Translations under genes and position numbers: made by a program
Origin: a virus
Taxonomy: Duplodnaviria; Caudoviricetes
Length of the DNA: 64,000 nt
Reading direction: 5' to 3' (one strand)
IMG/VR virus record: IMGVR_UViG_3300028805_000086
Coordinates: 1 to 64,000 of that record
The notes under the pieces: model-generated
Seen by the model: the letters and a program-made list of their open reading frames with translations, nothing else
What the model was told of the DNA's origin: nothing
Database searches by the model: none
Shown: piece by piece, positions 9,759 to 21,200 of the stretch
Position numbering within the stretch: position 1 is the stretch's first letter
How the letters are laid out: every line of letters begins with the position of its first letter

Positions 9759-10026
9759 CCAATATACAAAACCTTGTGTTAAATATCAGCCCGGACCGAG
9801 TGTTACACTTACCTATCCAGCAATTGTGTATAAACTAGACGATATTCCGACAAATTTTGCAAATAACAAGCCATATATATTTAATCATCGATATGAAGTT
9901 CAAGTTATCGATCGGGATCCAGAAAGTGTTCTGAGAGATAAGATGGTGCGCTTGCCTATGTGCAAATTTACAAACAGTTTTGTTTCCGATAATCTCTATC
10001 ACTATGTGTTCGAGATATACTATTGA
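9712..10026 (+). CDS. Tail terminator/completion protein
   Basis: YQP...LTYPAIVY...YEVQVIDRDP; lies before the tail tube gene. Confidence 0.7.
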   Translation: MGRRQDLHAQLVSLFDQYTKPCVKYQPGPSVTLTYPAIVYKLDDIPTNFANNKPYIFNHRYEVQVIDRDPESVLRDKMVRLPMCKFTNSFVSDNLYHYVFEIYY

Positions 10027-10047
10027 TAATTTAAGGAGGAAAATACT

Positions 10048-10731
10048 ATGGCAGTTTTGAAATGGGACCAGACTGGTGAGAAAAAGTATGAAAATGGTGT
10101 AAGCAGGGGCGTTCTATATAAGAAAGATGAAACTACTGGCAAATGGCTGGGCGTATCCTGGAGCGGCCTGACTTCTGTGTCCGAAAGCCCCGAAGGTGCG
10201 GATAAGAATGATATTTATGCAGATAACATTAAGTACGCTTCGATGCGTGGCGCCGAGACCTTTGGCGGTACAATTGAAGCTTATACTTATCCGGAAGAGT
10301 TTGAAACCTGCGATGGTTCTGCTGAACTGATGACCGGCATTGTCATTCATCAGCAGAAGCGGGAGACCTTCCGTCTGTGCTATCGGACTGAGCAGGGAAA
10401 TGACGAGAAGGGTGCCGCCTTCGGTTATAAGATTCATCTGGTTTACGGATGCACTTGCAGCCCCTCTGAGCGTTCTTATGAGACGATCAACGATAGTCCT
10501 GATGCAATTACTTTCAGCTGGGATTTTGACTCTACACCTGTGGATGTTACCGGTCATAATCAGACCAGCCTGATCGTTATCGATTCTACAAAGTTCAAGA
10601 CTGAAGCTGAGAAAGCTAAGCTGAAGAAGCTGGAAGATGCTCTGTATGGTACCGATCCTGATGATCAGGGCGGAGAAGGAACTGCTGCCTATATGCCCGA
10701 TCCCGATAAGATCGTTGAGCTGCTGAGCTGA
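10048..10731 (+). CDS. Major tail tube protein
   Basis: WDQTGEKKYENGV...YADNIKY...TIEAYTYPEEF...GYKIHLVY. Confidence 0.9.
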   Translation: MAVLKWDQTGEKKYENGVSRGVLYKKDETTGKWLGVSWSGLTSVSESPEGADKNDIYADNIKYASMRGAETFGGTIEAYTYPEEFETCDGSAELMTGIVIHQQKRETFRLCYRTEQGNDEKGAAFGYKIHLVYGCTCSPSERSYETINDSPDAITFSWDFDSTPVDVTGHNQTSLIVIDSTKFKTEAEKAKLKKLEDALYGTDPDDQGGEGTAAYMPDPDKIVELLS

Positions 10732-10747
10732 AATTAATTGTCAATCT

Positions 10748-10795
10748 TGGGCCCTCTTCTATAAATGGGGAGGGCCCATTTATTTAATTTTTTAT
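10748..10795 (+). terminator. Rho-independent terminator
   Basis: tgggccctc...gagggccca followed by a T-rich tract. Confidence 0.8.
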
Positions 10796-10824
10796 TTACG
10801 GTATTTGAAAGGAGAAAAATAAAA

Positions 10825-11295
10825 ATGATTAAGAAGACTATTACTTTTGAAGATTATAATGGTGAAGAGCGCACTAAGGACTTTTATTTCCATATGAACC
10901 AGGTTGAATTCTCTAAGTTGAATGGTGAGGTTCCTGGTGGAATCGAACGTCGTATGCAGAAGATTATTGAAGATCGTGATGAAGATGCACTGCTTCGCAT
11001 TATTGATTTGCTGGTTAGCCGGAGCTATGGTGAATTCGATGACGAAGATGAGTTCACTAAGGTTAGCAAGACTGGTCGTCCTCTGTATGAAAAGTTTGTT
11101 AATACCGATGCTTATGACCAGCTGATCATTGAACTGATTCAGAATGAAGATAACATCGTGAATTTCTTGAAGAACATTATGCCTAAGAAGGTTCAGGGAC
11201 GAATCGATGAAGAAATGCATAAGCGGCAGGAAGAAGAAAATAAGGCTGTTAAATTGACTCCTGTATCTGCAGACGCTTCTTCTACCGTGGAGTGA
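10825..11295 (+). CDS. Tail assembly chaperone
   Basis: MIKKTITFEDYNGEERT; between tube and tape measure; RBS gaaaggag. Confidence 0.75.
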   Translation: MIKKTITFEDYNGEERTKDFYFHMNQVEFSKLNGEVPGGIERRMQKIIEDRDEDALLRIIDLLVSRSYGEFDDEDEFTKVSKTGRPLYEKFVNTDAYDQLIIELIQNEDNIVNFLKNIMPKKVQGRIDEEMHKRQEEENKAVKLTPVSADASSTVE

Positions 11296-11301
11296 TAAAT
11301 T

Positions 11302-11844
11302 GTGCTCCAGATTACGATCAAGGGAATGGAAATGTTTGACGAAGAACTGTGCAAACGCGTCAGAACCAAAGATGTTACCTTGCAGCTGGAGCACAGTCTT
11401 GTTTCCATTTCGAAATGGGAAAGCAAATGGAAAACACACTATATAAATAATGATAAGATGACACCCGAAATGAGTCTTGATTATGTACGTTGTATGACGA
11501 TTAGTCAAAATGTGGATCCTAAAGTGTATGACAGGTTAACTCAGGAAAATATGAAAGAGATAATTGAATACATTAATGATCCAATGACGGCAACTACATT
11601 TAAAAAAACAAGTCAGGGCGGAAGTCGAAGCGTTATAACAAATGAAATTATATATTACTGGATGACAACTCAGGGTATTCCATTTGACCCTTGTCAAAAA
11701 TGGCATCTAAATCGGTTGCTTACTTTAATTCGTGTTTGCGATGAAAAGAGTGCACCTAAAAAGCGTATGGGCAAACGTGAAGCCGCAGCTCAGCGCAGGA
11801 ATTTAAATGCAGCAAGACGTGCAAGAATGGGATCCAGAGGATAA
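11302..11844 (+). CDS. Second tail assembly chaperone-like protein
   Basis: LEHSLVSISKWESKW...CQKWHLNRLLTLIRVC; position in the tail module. Confidence 0.65.
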   Translation: MLQITIKGMEMFDEELCKRVRTKDVTLQLEHSLVSISKWESKWKTHYINNDKMTPEMSLDYVRCMTISQNVDPKVYDRLTQENMKEIIEYINDPMTATTFKKTSQGGSRSVITNEIIYYWMTTQGIPFDPCQKWHLNRLLTLIRVCDEKSAPKKRMGKREAAAQRRNLNAARRARMGSRG

Positions 11845-11859
11845 AGAGGAGGTGCCCTT

Positions 11860-12243
11860 ATGAAGAGTCCAATTGCGATAAAGCATAAGGGCAACTTCAA
11901 AAAAACAGAGACTTTTTATAAACGGTCTTTGAGAAGAGACTATATGCATATTATTGAAAGATATGGCAAGGAAGGTGTATTAATTCTTCAAAGTGCCACA
12001 CCGGTTGACTCTGGAGAAACTGCAGCTTCCTGGAATTATAAAATTTATGATGACGGTAACGCTATTCATGTAACATGGAATAATACAAACGAAAACGATG
12101 GTGTAAACATTGTTTTACTTTTAATCTATGGACATGGCTTACCAAATGGCGGTTATATACAAGGAAATGATTTTGTAACGCCTGCAATACAACCGCTTCT
12201 GCAGGAACTTGCGAGAAAAGCATGGAGGGGAGTGACGAAGTAG
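11860..12243 (+). CDS. HK97-gp10-like neck/tail component
   Basis: ATPVDSGETAASW...YGHG...FVTPAI. Confidence 0.7.
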   Translation: MKSPIAIKHKGNFKKTETFYKRSLRRDYMHIIERYGKEGVLILQSATPVDSGETAASWNYKIYDDGNAIHVTWNNTNENDGVNIVLLLIYGHGLPNGGYIQGNDFVTPAIQPLLQELARKAWRGVTK

Positions 12244-12244
12244 C

Positions 12245-15200
12245 ATGCCTGGAAAAGACACACGTGTTGTTGAAATGCAATTTCAAAATAAAGATTTTGA
12301 GAAGAACATTGCAACCAGTCAGAAATCTCTTAATAGATTCAAGAAAGATCTGAACTTCGATGACACCTCCAAAGGCCTCGAAAAGTTCGGCAAAAGCATG
12401 GACTCTTTAAAATTCGATAAATTCTTTGATAATATTCAAAGACTTACCGATAAATTTACAGGAATCGGCGATATCGGTGAATTTATGATTTCAAAGATTC
12501 GTCATTCTTTAGAAGAAGCTGCAAATAGTGCTATAAGATTCTCTAAAAGTCTCACTTTTGATCAGGTTGATGCTGGTAAAGAGAAATTTGAACAACTTAA
12601 TAAGAGCATTCAGACGATTAAAGCAGCTACTGGAAAAACAGAAGAAGAAGTACAGGGTGTTCTTAAGCGTTTGAATGATTATACTGATATGACAAGCTAT
12701 AGTTTTTCAGATATGGCTTCGAATATTGGTAAATTTACTTCTGTTGGTATTCCGCTTGAACAAGCAGAAAAACAGATGGAAGGTATTGCTAACTGGGCCG
12801 CTCGTTCTGGTGCTGGTATAGCAGAAGCTTCTCGTGCTATGTATAATTTAAGCCAGGCAATGGGTGTTGGTTCATTGAAATTGATGGACTGGAAATCCAT
12901 TGAGAATGCTGGTATGGCGACCAAAGAGTTTAAACAACAGTTAATCGAAGCTGGATTGGCTGCTGGCACATTGGTTGCCGAAGCGAAAAAAGATGCTAAT
13001 GGCGTGGAACAGATTGTTTACAAAACTGCTAAAAATTTAGGTAAGCAGGTCGAAGTAAACTTTCAAAATATGTCTCAGACCTTAAGTAAGGGATGGGCCA
13101 ATACAACAGCCATTGGTAATGCTTTGCTTGGATATTATTATGAAGATCTTAAGTTCGAGAACGAAGAAGGAATGAAAGATCTTACGGACGATCAGAAGAA
13201 AATGTTTGATGAAATGTTCAAACAGTATGGCAAGATTGATGATAAATCTTGGAAAAAACTTTCTGATCAGGGTCTTGGCTCCGATGATCTTAAGCAAAGT
13301 TTATTGGACACTGCTGAAGCTATGGGTGCTTTAACTGCAGAAGTTAATGCTGATGGCAAAAAGATTTATACAACTACTGATAAGACTGGAAAGAAGATAG
13401 AATTTACTCTTGATACTTTTGAAAAAGGTCTTGGTGGTGGCTGGTTAACTCGTAGTATTGCCAAAACAGTTTATTCATTTGATGACCTTGCTAAAGGTTC
13501 TTATGATGCTGCTATGAAGTGCCTGTCTTTCACCGATGTACTAAATGCCTGGAAAGATATGATTAGTACAGGATGGATGGCTTCAATTCAGCATATATTT
13601 GGTGGATTGTCTGATTCCATAGAAGTATTTACAGCGATGTGCGATAAAGCTGGAGAAATGCTAGGTAACATATTCGGCGTAAATGGTGCTATTAATAAAA
13701 TACTCGGTTTGTGGGATACAAAAGAGCACCGTGATACTTTATGGGGAATGATCATTGGTGAATATGGTGAAGGCGAAGACAAACTTTATGCAGGCGCTTA
13801 TGGTTTATTAGATGTAATAAAAGATGTTGGCAGTATTATTTCTGGAGCTTTCTGGGATATAATGAAAGACTTCGCCGAACCATTTTATGGCGAGGATAAA
13901 CTTGAAGAATGGGAAAACGATACTGAAGTTCGATATCAATTTCTTGCAGATCAAATGCAAGTATTTGTTGAAAAAATACGTTATGCTATTCTTAATATTA
14001 AAGAATTCTTTCAGGAAATACCAGAAGGCGCATCCAAGAGTCGCTGGGAAACGATTAAAGATATTGTCGGTGCTGTTTTTAGAGTAGTAAGTATTGCTGC
14101 ACAAACGATTAGCGGTATATTTACATTCTTTGGCAAAATTAAAAAGCAACTAGAGCCAAGTATAATAGCAGTTTCTGATTTGATTACTTCTTTGGCTGGC
14201 GGTATTACAGGCGCTGAGAAAGATTTACGTAAATCGAAAGGCATTCAAACATTCTTTTCTAATTTTGCCGATGCTCTAGTTCCAGTAACTAATTTTATTA
14301 ATAAGGTAGTCGTAGGTTTAGCTAAATTAATAAAAGGTTTCTTTGAATGGGGAATAGAAGGCGGTAACTTCATAAAAATATGGGAAACCATAAAGTCTGT
14401 ATTCAAGGGAATTATTAATATATTTGACAAGATCAGTGGTCCAATTTTAGACTTCTTTAAAGAGATTGGCCCTGCAATTGGAGATTTCTTTACTAAAGGG
14501 CTCAATAAAGATACTTTAAAGAATTTTGGAAAAACTTTAGGCAAGTCATTAGGTAATCTTATAAATACTCTTGTTAATTATATTCCTGGATTATGGAGTA
14601 AAATTAAGAATTTCTTCTCAAGTATCTTTAATACAGCAAAAGACGTGCTTGGTGCTGAAGAACCTGGAATATTGAATTCAATTATTAACTTTATAAAAGG
14701 CGTATTTGGCGGAGTTTGGGAATTCTTAAAGAATCTTGGAAATCGTTTATCTGATGAAAATTCTTTAGCAAGTCTTATATTACGACTTCTTGGAACTGGA
14801 ATTGGATTTGTTGCTGATTTATTAGGTAAAATTCGTGATTCAATAAGCGGTATTTCATTATACGATGTCGTAATAATGATTACTGGTGGTTTTATATTGT
14901 TTACTGCATTTTCACTTATTAAGTCAGCGCTTAATGTTATTAGGGGCATTTCCGAAATTGTTGGCGGTTTTGGAGAAATTTTAGATGCTATTGCATATCG
15001 AATCAGAGGTGTTGACAGTAGCGAAAAGTTCCTTCGTGTGTCACAAGGAATTGCACTTATTGCATTAGCTGTCGTTGTATTAGGGCAGATGAAGTGGCAA
15101 GAAGCCCTTCAAGGTGTTATTGCTATTGGTGCAATCGGCGGTATTGTTATACTTTTAACGAAAGTAATGACAAAAATGCTTGAGAAAGTTAAATTCTCAA

Positions 15201-18200
15201 GTACTATAAAAATGGCTATTGCACTTGCATCTTTGAGTGCAGGATTGCTAATTTTCTCGGCTGGTGTATTTGTACTTGTTCGAGCATTAAAACCTCTTGC
15301 TAATACAAATTGGGAAGGCCTTGCAAAGATGGGTGTAGGCCTTGCTGGAATATTATATTTATTCTCTTTATTCTCATTCGTTAGCAAGCTTGCAAAAGTT
15401 AGTTTCAAATCAATGGCCGGATTGGGCATACTTGCCATTGGCATCGGGATTCTTGTGGATTCTCTTAAACCCTTGGCCGAAGTTAATTGGTCTCAAATGG
15501 CTAAAATGGGTGTTGGACTTGCGGCTATTTTATTGATGTTCGCTGGATTTAGTCGCATTATGGGTAGCATTAAAGATAAAGGAATAAGTCAAACTGCATT
15601 CCTGGCTATTGGCATCGCTATACTTGTGCAATCTTTATTGCCTCTTGTTAGTATGGATTGGAGTCAAATGGCTAAAATGGGGGTTGGTCTATTAGCTATT
15701 CTCGTCCTTCTTGCTGGTTTTAGTCATATTGCCGGATCGCTTAAAGGCAAAGGAATGTTCAGTACTATCACTTTAGCAGCCGGTATTGTTATTCTTATGG
15801 AAGCAATCAAACCATTAGCCGATTATAATTGGGAAAAACTCGGCAAAATGGGTGCTGGTTTGCTTGTTGTGTTGTTCTTCCTTGCTGAATTCACAAAAAT
15901 ATCCGGAAGCTTAAAAGGCAAGAGTATGAAGAGTACAATTGCTTTGGCTCTTGGAATTATATTGTTAATGGAAGCAATTAAGCCATTGGCGGAGTATAGC
16001 TGGGAAAAACTTGGAAAAATGTTTGCAGGCCTTACTCTTACGCTTCTTGAATTAGCCGAATTTACAAAGTTAATGGTTAGCATTAAAGATAAAGGAATGA
16101 GCAAAATCATTCTTTTAGCTGCTGGAATATGGATTCTAATGGAAACCATTAAACCGCTTGCCGATATTAATTGGGAAGATCTTGGCAAAATGTTTGCTGG
16201 ACTTGGTGTAGTTTTGTTCGAACTTGCTGAATTTAGTAAACACATGGCAAGTGTAAAAGACAAGGGTCTTGGTAACACTATTCTTCTTGCTGCTGGCATT
16301 TATATTCTGATGGAAGCTCTCAAACCCCTTGGCGAAATGGATTGGGAAGCTATCGGAAAAATGGGTGCCGGACTTACTGGCATATTAGTAATACTGGTTG
16401 CTGCAAGTAAAAAGATGGGGCAGATTAAAGCTAAAACTTCCTTTGGTGTTCTGCTTTTCAGCGTTGCTTTGTACGGACTATTATATGTCTTAAAGCCTCT
16501 TGCTAATTACAAGTGGGAAGAATTAGGCAAATTAGGAGTAAGTTTACTGGCGGTAATACTGATGCTTGGTGTAGCAGCCAAAGCAATTAAGGGCATTGAC
16601 TGGAAGAGCGCCGTAGGATCATTTGCTATGATGCTTGGTATGGCTGTAATGATTTCTGTATTTGGAAAGACAGTTGACAAAGTAAAAGATATTAAATCAA
16701 CTAAGTTATTAGCATTTGCCGGATCAATTGTTATTCTTTCAATAGCAATAAGAATTGTATTATCTTCGATTAATAAATTGGAAGCACAGTCTAAAGGCGT
16801 CGAAATCGGTAGTAAACTGGCAATGATTGCTGCGGCATTGGTTACCGTTGGTTTACTGATGTTTGAACTGTCTTTGCTTATACCGAGGATTAACAGTGCA
16901 AATATTAAGAAACTTTTAGGTTTCTCAATTGCTGTTGATTTGTTAATGCCATCAATGATTATTGCGGCATCAGCTATTAACAAGATTAATAATGTTCGGA
17001 CGGGGGCTGATGTTGGTAAAAAGTTGGCTCTCATTGGTATGGCTTTAATTTCAGTTGGCATATTAATGGCAGAACTTGCACTATTTATTCCACGGATTAA
17101 TAATAGTGATACACTGAAGATATTAGGTTTCTCAATAGCGGTTGATGTTTTAATGCCGTCTTTGATTATAGCTGCTATAGCAATTAATAAAATTAATGAC
17201 GTTCGCACTGGTGCTGATGTTGGCAAGAAATTTGCTTTAACTATTGCTGCTTTAATCTCAGTAGGTGTATTGATGGCGGAATTAGCATTATTCATTCCAA
17301 GAATTAATAATGCCGATATTCTAAAAGTCGCAGGTTTTTCTGTTGCTGTAGATATTTTAATGCCCTCGCTGATTATTGCTGCGATGGCGATCAATAAGAT
17401 CCAGGTTCCAAAAACTGGTAAAGAAACGTTCGGAAAGTTTTCTTTACTTATCGGAGCATTGATATCTGTTGCTGTAATTATGGGTGAACTTGCATTGCTT
17501 ATTCCTTTAATTGATAGCACTGATGATTGGCTTGAAAGTAGTGCCAAGTTAATAGGATTTGCTATCGCTGTAGAAGCTGTAATGCCAGCATTGATTACTG
17601 CAGCTATGGCAATTAACAAAATTAAAGTTACGACTGTGGCAAAGGGATCTGGAAAAAATAAAAAAGAAGCGACATCAATAAAAGAAACATGCGAAAAATT
17701 ATTGTTATTCTCTGGAGCTATCGCAGCTGTTGGACTATTAATGTTTGAATTGGCATTGCTACTTCCTATTATTGATGGAATGAAAGATTGGGCTGAAAGT
17801 AGTGCAAAATTAATAGGTTTTGCAGTTGCCGTAGAAGCAGTTATGCCTGCATTAATTACGGTTGTAATTGCCATGAATAAAATAAGGGTTCCTAATATTG
17901 GTGGTAAACAGTCTAAAAAAGGAAAGAATAATGGATCAAATAATAAAAAGTTTGATCAGGTTTATGCTTTGATTAGTCTTGTTGGCACTGCTGTTTTAGC
18001 TATGGGTCTTATTATGGCGGAGCTTGCATGGATTGCACCTCGTATCGATAGTCTTGATAATTGGGCCGAAAGTAGTGCTAAACTAATAGGCTTTGCGGTC
18101 GCTGTCGAAGCTGTTATGCCCGCGTTAATATCCGTTGCTAAAGCGATTAATACTATAAAGGTTCCAACTTTAAAAACCGGAGGAAAAAAAGTAGACGCAA

Positions 18201-21200
18201 CCAAATATTATAAGGGACGAAAACAGCGAGTTAAAGAACATGATGTAACATCGAACGATGGCAATGAACAAGTATTGCCATTTAAGCAGTTGCTTGGATT
18301 CTTTGCTGTAATTGGTATAGCTGTTTTAGCTATGGGCCTTATTATGGCTGAGCTTGCATGGATTGCACCTCGTATCGATAGTCTTGATAATTGGGCAGAA
18401 AGTAGCGGTAAACTAATAGGTTTTTCTATTGCTGTTGAGGCCGTTATGCCTGCATTAATTGTAGTTGCTAAAGCTATCAATGAAATTAAAATACCTACAA
18501 TGATGAAGGGCAATGGCAAAAATAAGAAAGAAGAAACTATTAAGTTTAAAGAGCTTACTGGATATTTTGGAATAATTGGAATTGCTGTATTGGCTATGGC
18601 TGCTATTATGAGCCTTCTTGCATTGTGGACTCCATATATTGGCAAGATGGATGAAGGTTCAATAGGCAAATTATGGGGATTTGCTATAGCTTTTGAAATA
18701 ATTATGCCTGCATTGATTACCGTTGCCAAAGCTATTAATGAAATTAAGATTCCAACATTGTCTAATGGAACTGGTAAGGATAAGAAAACGGCGACTATTA
18801 AGTTTAAAGAATTAACTGGATATTTTGCAATAATTGGAATTGCTGTATTAGCGATGGGCGCCATTATGGCTGAATTTGCAGTCATAATACCGTTAATCAA
18901 TAAAATTGATAGTTGGGAAGGTTTAGCTAAGCTTGTTGTATTTGCAATAGCATTCGAACTAATAGTTCCAGCGCTCTTAAATGTTGTTGATGCAATTAAT
19001 AAAGTAAAAATACCTAAAATAGATAAAAAGCCTGCGAAATTTAAAGACTTAACTGGTTATTATGCAGTTATTGGTATAGCGGTATTGACTATGGGAGCTG
19101 TTATGGCTGAACTTGCAGCACTTATTCCGCTTATTAACGGCATCGATAGCTGGGAAGGTTTAGCAAAGCTTGTTGTATTTGCTTTTGCTATTGATTTGGT
19201 TATGCCTGCTTTGATAACAGTTGCAGAGGCTATAAGTAAAATAGAATTACCTAAAAATGGTAAACAACTTTATAAAGCAAAAGATTTAAGTGGGTATTTT
19301 ATAACAATAGGACTTGCAGTTGGAGCCATGGCTGTGGTTATGGCAGAACTAGCATTCTTAATTCCTTTGATTAATGACATTGATAGCTGGGAAGGTTTAG
19401 CTAAGCTTGTTGTGTTTGCTTTTGCTATTAATCTGGTTATGCCTGCTTTAATAACTGCTGCTGAAGCTATTAATTCTATTGAATTGCCGATGAACGGGAA
19501 AAAAGTTCTTAAAGCAAAAGATTTAAGTGCTAAATTTGCATTAATAGGAATGGCGATTGGTACTGTTGCTTTGCTTATGGGCGAACTTGCTCTATTGATT
19601 CCTGCTATTAATGGAATAGAAGGAATTGGCGGCATGGTTAAATTAGTAGTATTCACTATTAGTATTAACATTTTAATGGCTTCATTGAGTACCGTTGTAC
19701 AAGCCATTAACGATATTAAGACACCTACATCAAAAGAAGCTCTTAAGAAGAAGATGCTTATTCTTGCTGAGGTAATGGGCGTAGTTGCGCTGCTTACTGC
19801 AGAAATGGCATTGTTTATTTATAGAATTAACGATGCTGATATTATTCGTTTAATAGGTTTTGCAATTGCTGTCAGAGCACTAATGCCAGCCCTTAATAGT
19901 GTTGTAAAAGCTATAAACAATATTCAGACGCCGACTTCCAAAGAGGCTCTTACTAAGAAACTTTGGATTCTTGGCGGATCTTTGATAACCGTTGCCGTTA
20001 TCATTGCAGAAATGTCATTGTTTATTGATCAGATTAATTCTAGTGATTTTGAGAAATTGTTAGGATTTGCCGCTGCCGTATATCTGGTTATGCCATCCCT
20101 TGAAAAAGTAGTTGGTATGATTAATGATATTGAAGCTCCTGAAGAAGGCAAAGAACTTGGTTTTAAAATGGCCATTCTTGGAGGTGCATTTATTGCCGTT
20201 GCTGCTATTATTGCCGAGTTGGCACTACTTTCAAATCAAATAAATAATTCAAATTTCGAAAGTATGCTTGGAATAGCAGCTGCAGTATATCTTATTCTTC
20301 CGGCCTTAAGCAAAGTAATAGAAGCTATTGGTGAAATTGAAGCTCCTGAGGAAGGCAAAGAAGTAGGATTTAAGCTGGCTATTATGGCAGGCGCATTAAT
20401 TGCCGTTGCTGCAATTATAGCCGAACTTGCGCTTCTTGGTGGAATGATAAGTAATGCCGACGTTCTCAAAATTATGGGTTTTGCTCTAGCTGTTGATATT
20501 ATCATGCCAGCTTTGATTATGGCAGTTTATGCAATTAATAAGATCGAAGCTCCTGAATCATGGGGTGATGTCGGCAAAAAGATAGCAATGATGGCTGTCG
20601 CTGTTATTGCCGTTGGCGGCTTGATGGCAGTGCTTGCTCTTGTGATCGATAAAGTTCAGGGAATTGAGCCAGTTGCAATGCTTGCGTTTACTGCAGGCGT
20701 ATTAGTACTTGGCATAGCAGTTGCTTTGATGGTTGCTGTTATTGGCGGAATTAAGCAGTCAGCTATGAATAATCTAGGCAAAAAGTTAGCTGTAATTATT
20801 GTAGCAGTAATCGCTATTGGCGCACTTATGTATATCTTTAGCGAAATGTTAGACTCAATAAAAGATATCGATCCAAAAGCGATGCTTACATTCTCAGCAA
20901 GTATTATATTGTTAGTAATAGCACTTGCTGGTGCTGCTGCTATTATATCAGTACTTGGTAAAGTTGATGCTGGTACTATTGCAAAAGGTTCAGCTGGTTT
21001 AGTTGCAGTTGGAACAGCACTAGGAGCCGTGATCGATGTTATAGCTGGATTTGCAGCTAGCGCTATCGATAAAATGACTAGCGCTTTAATCGATATTGGT
21101 ACTTCTTTAAGATGGTTTGATGAAGATGTTTCTTTGGTTAACTCAGATCGTGTTAGAGATGGAATGAGTTTAGTTAAAGATTTATGTGAACTAGCCATTT

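Noticed and set aside
10825-11844. Tail-chaperone G/GT frameshift
   Set aside because: No clear slippery heptamer near the end of the first ORF, and the second ORF has its own GGAG and GTG start.
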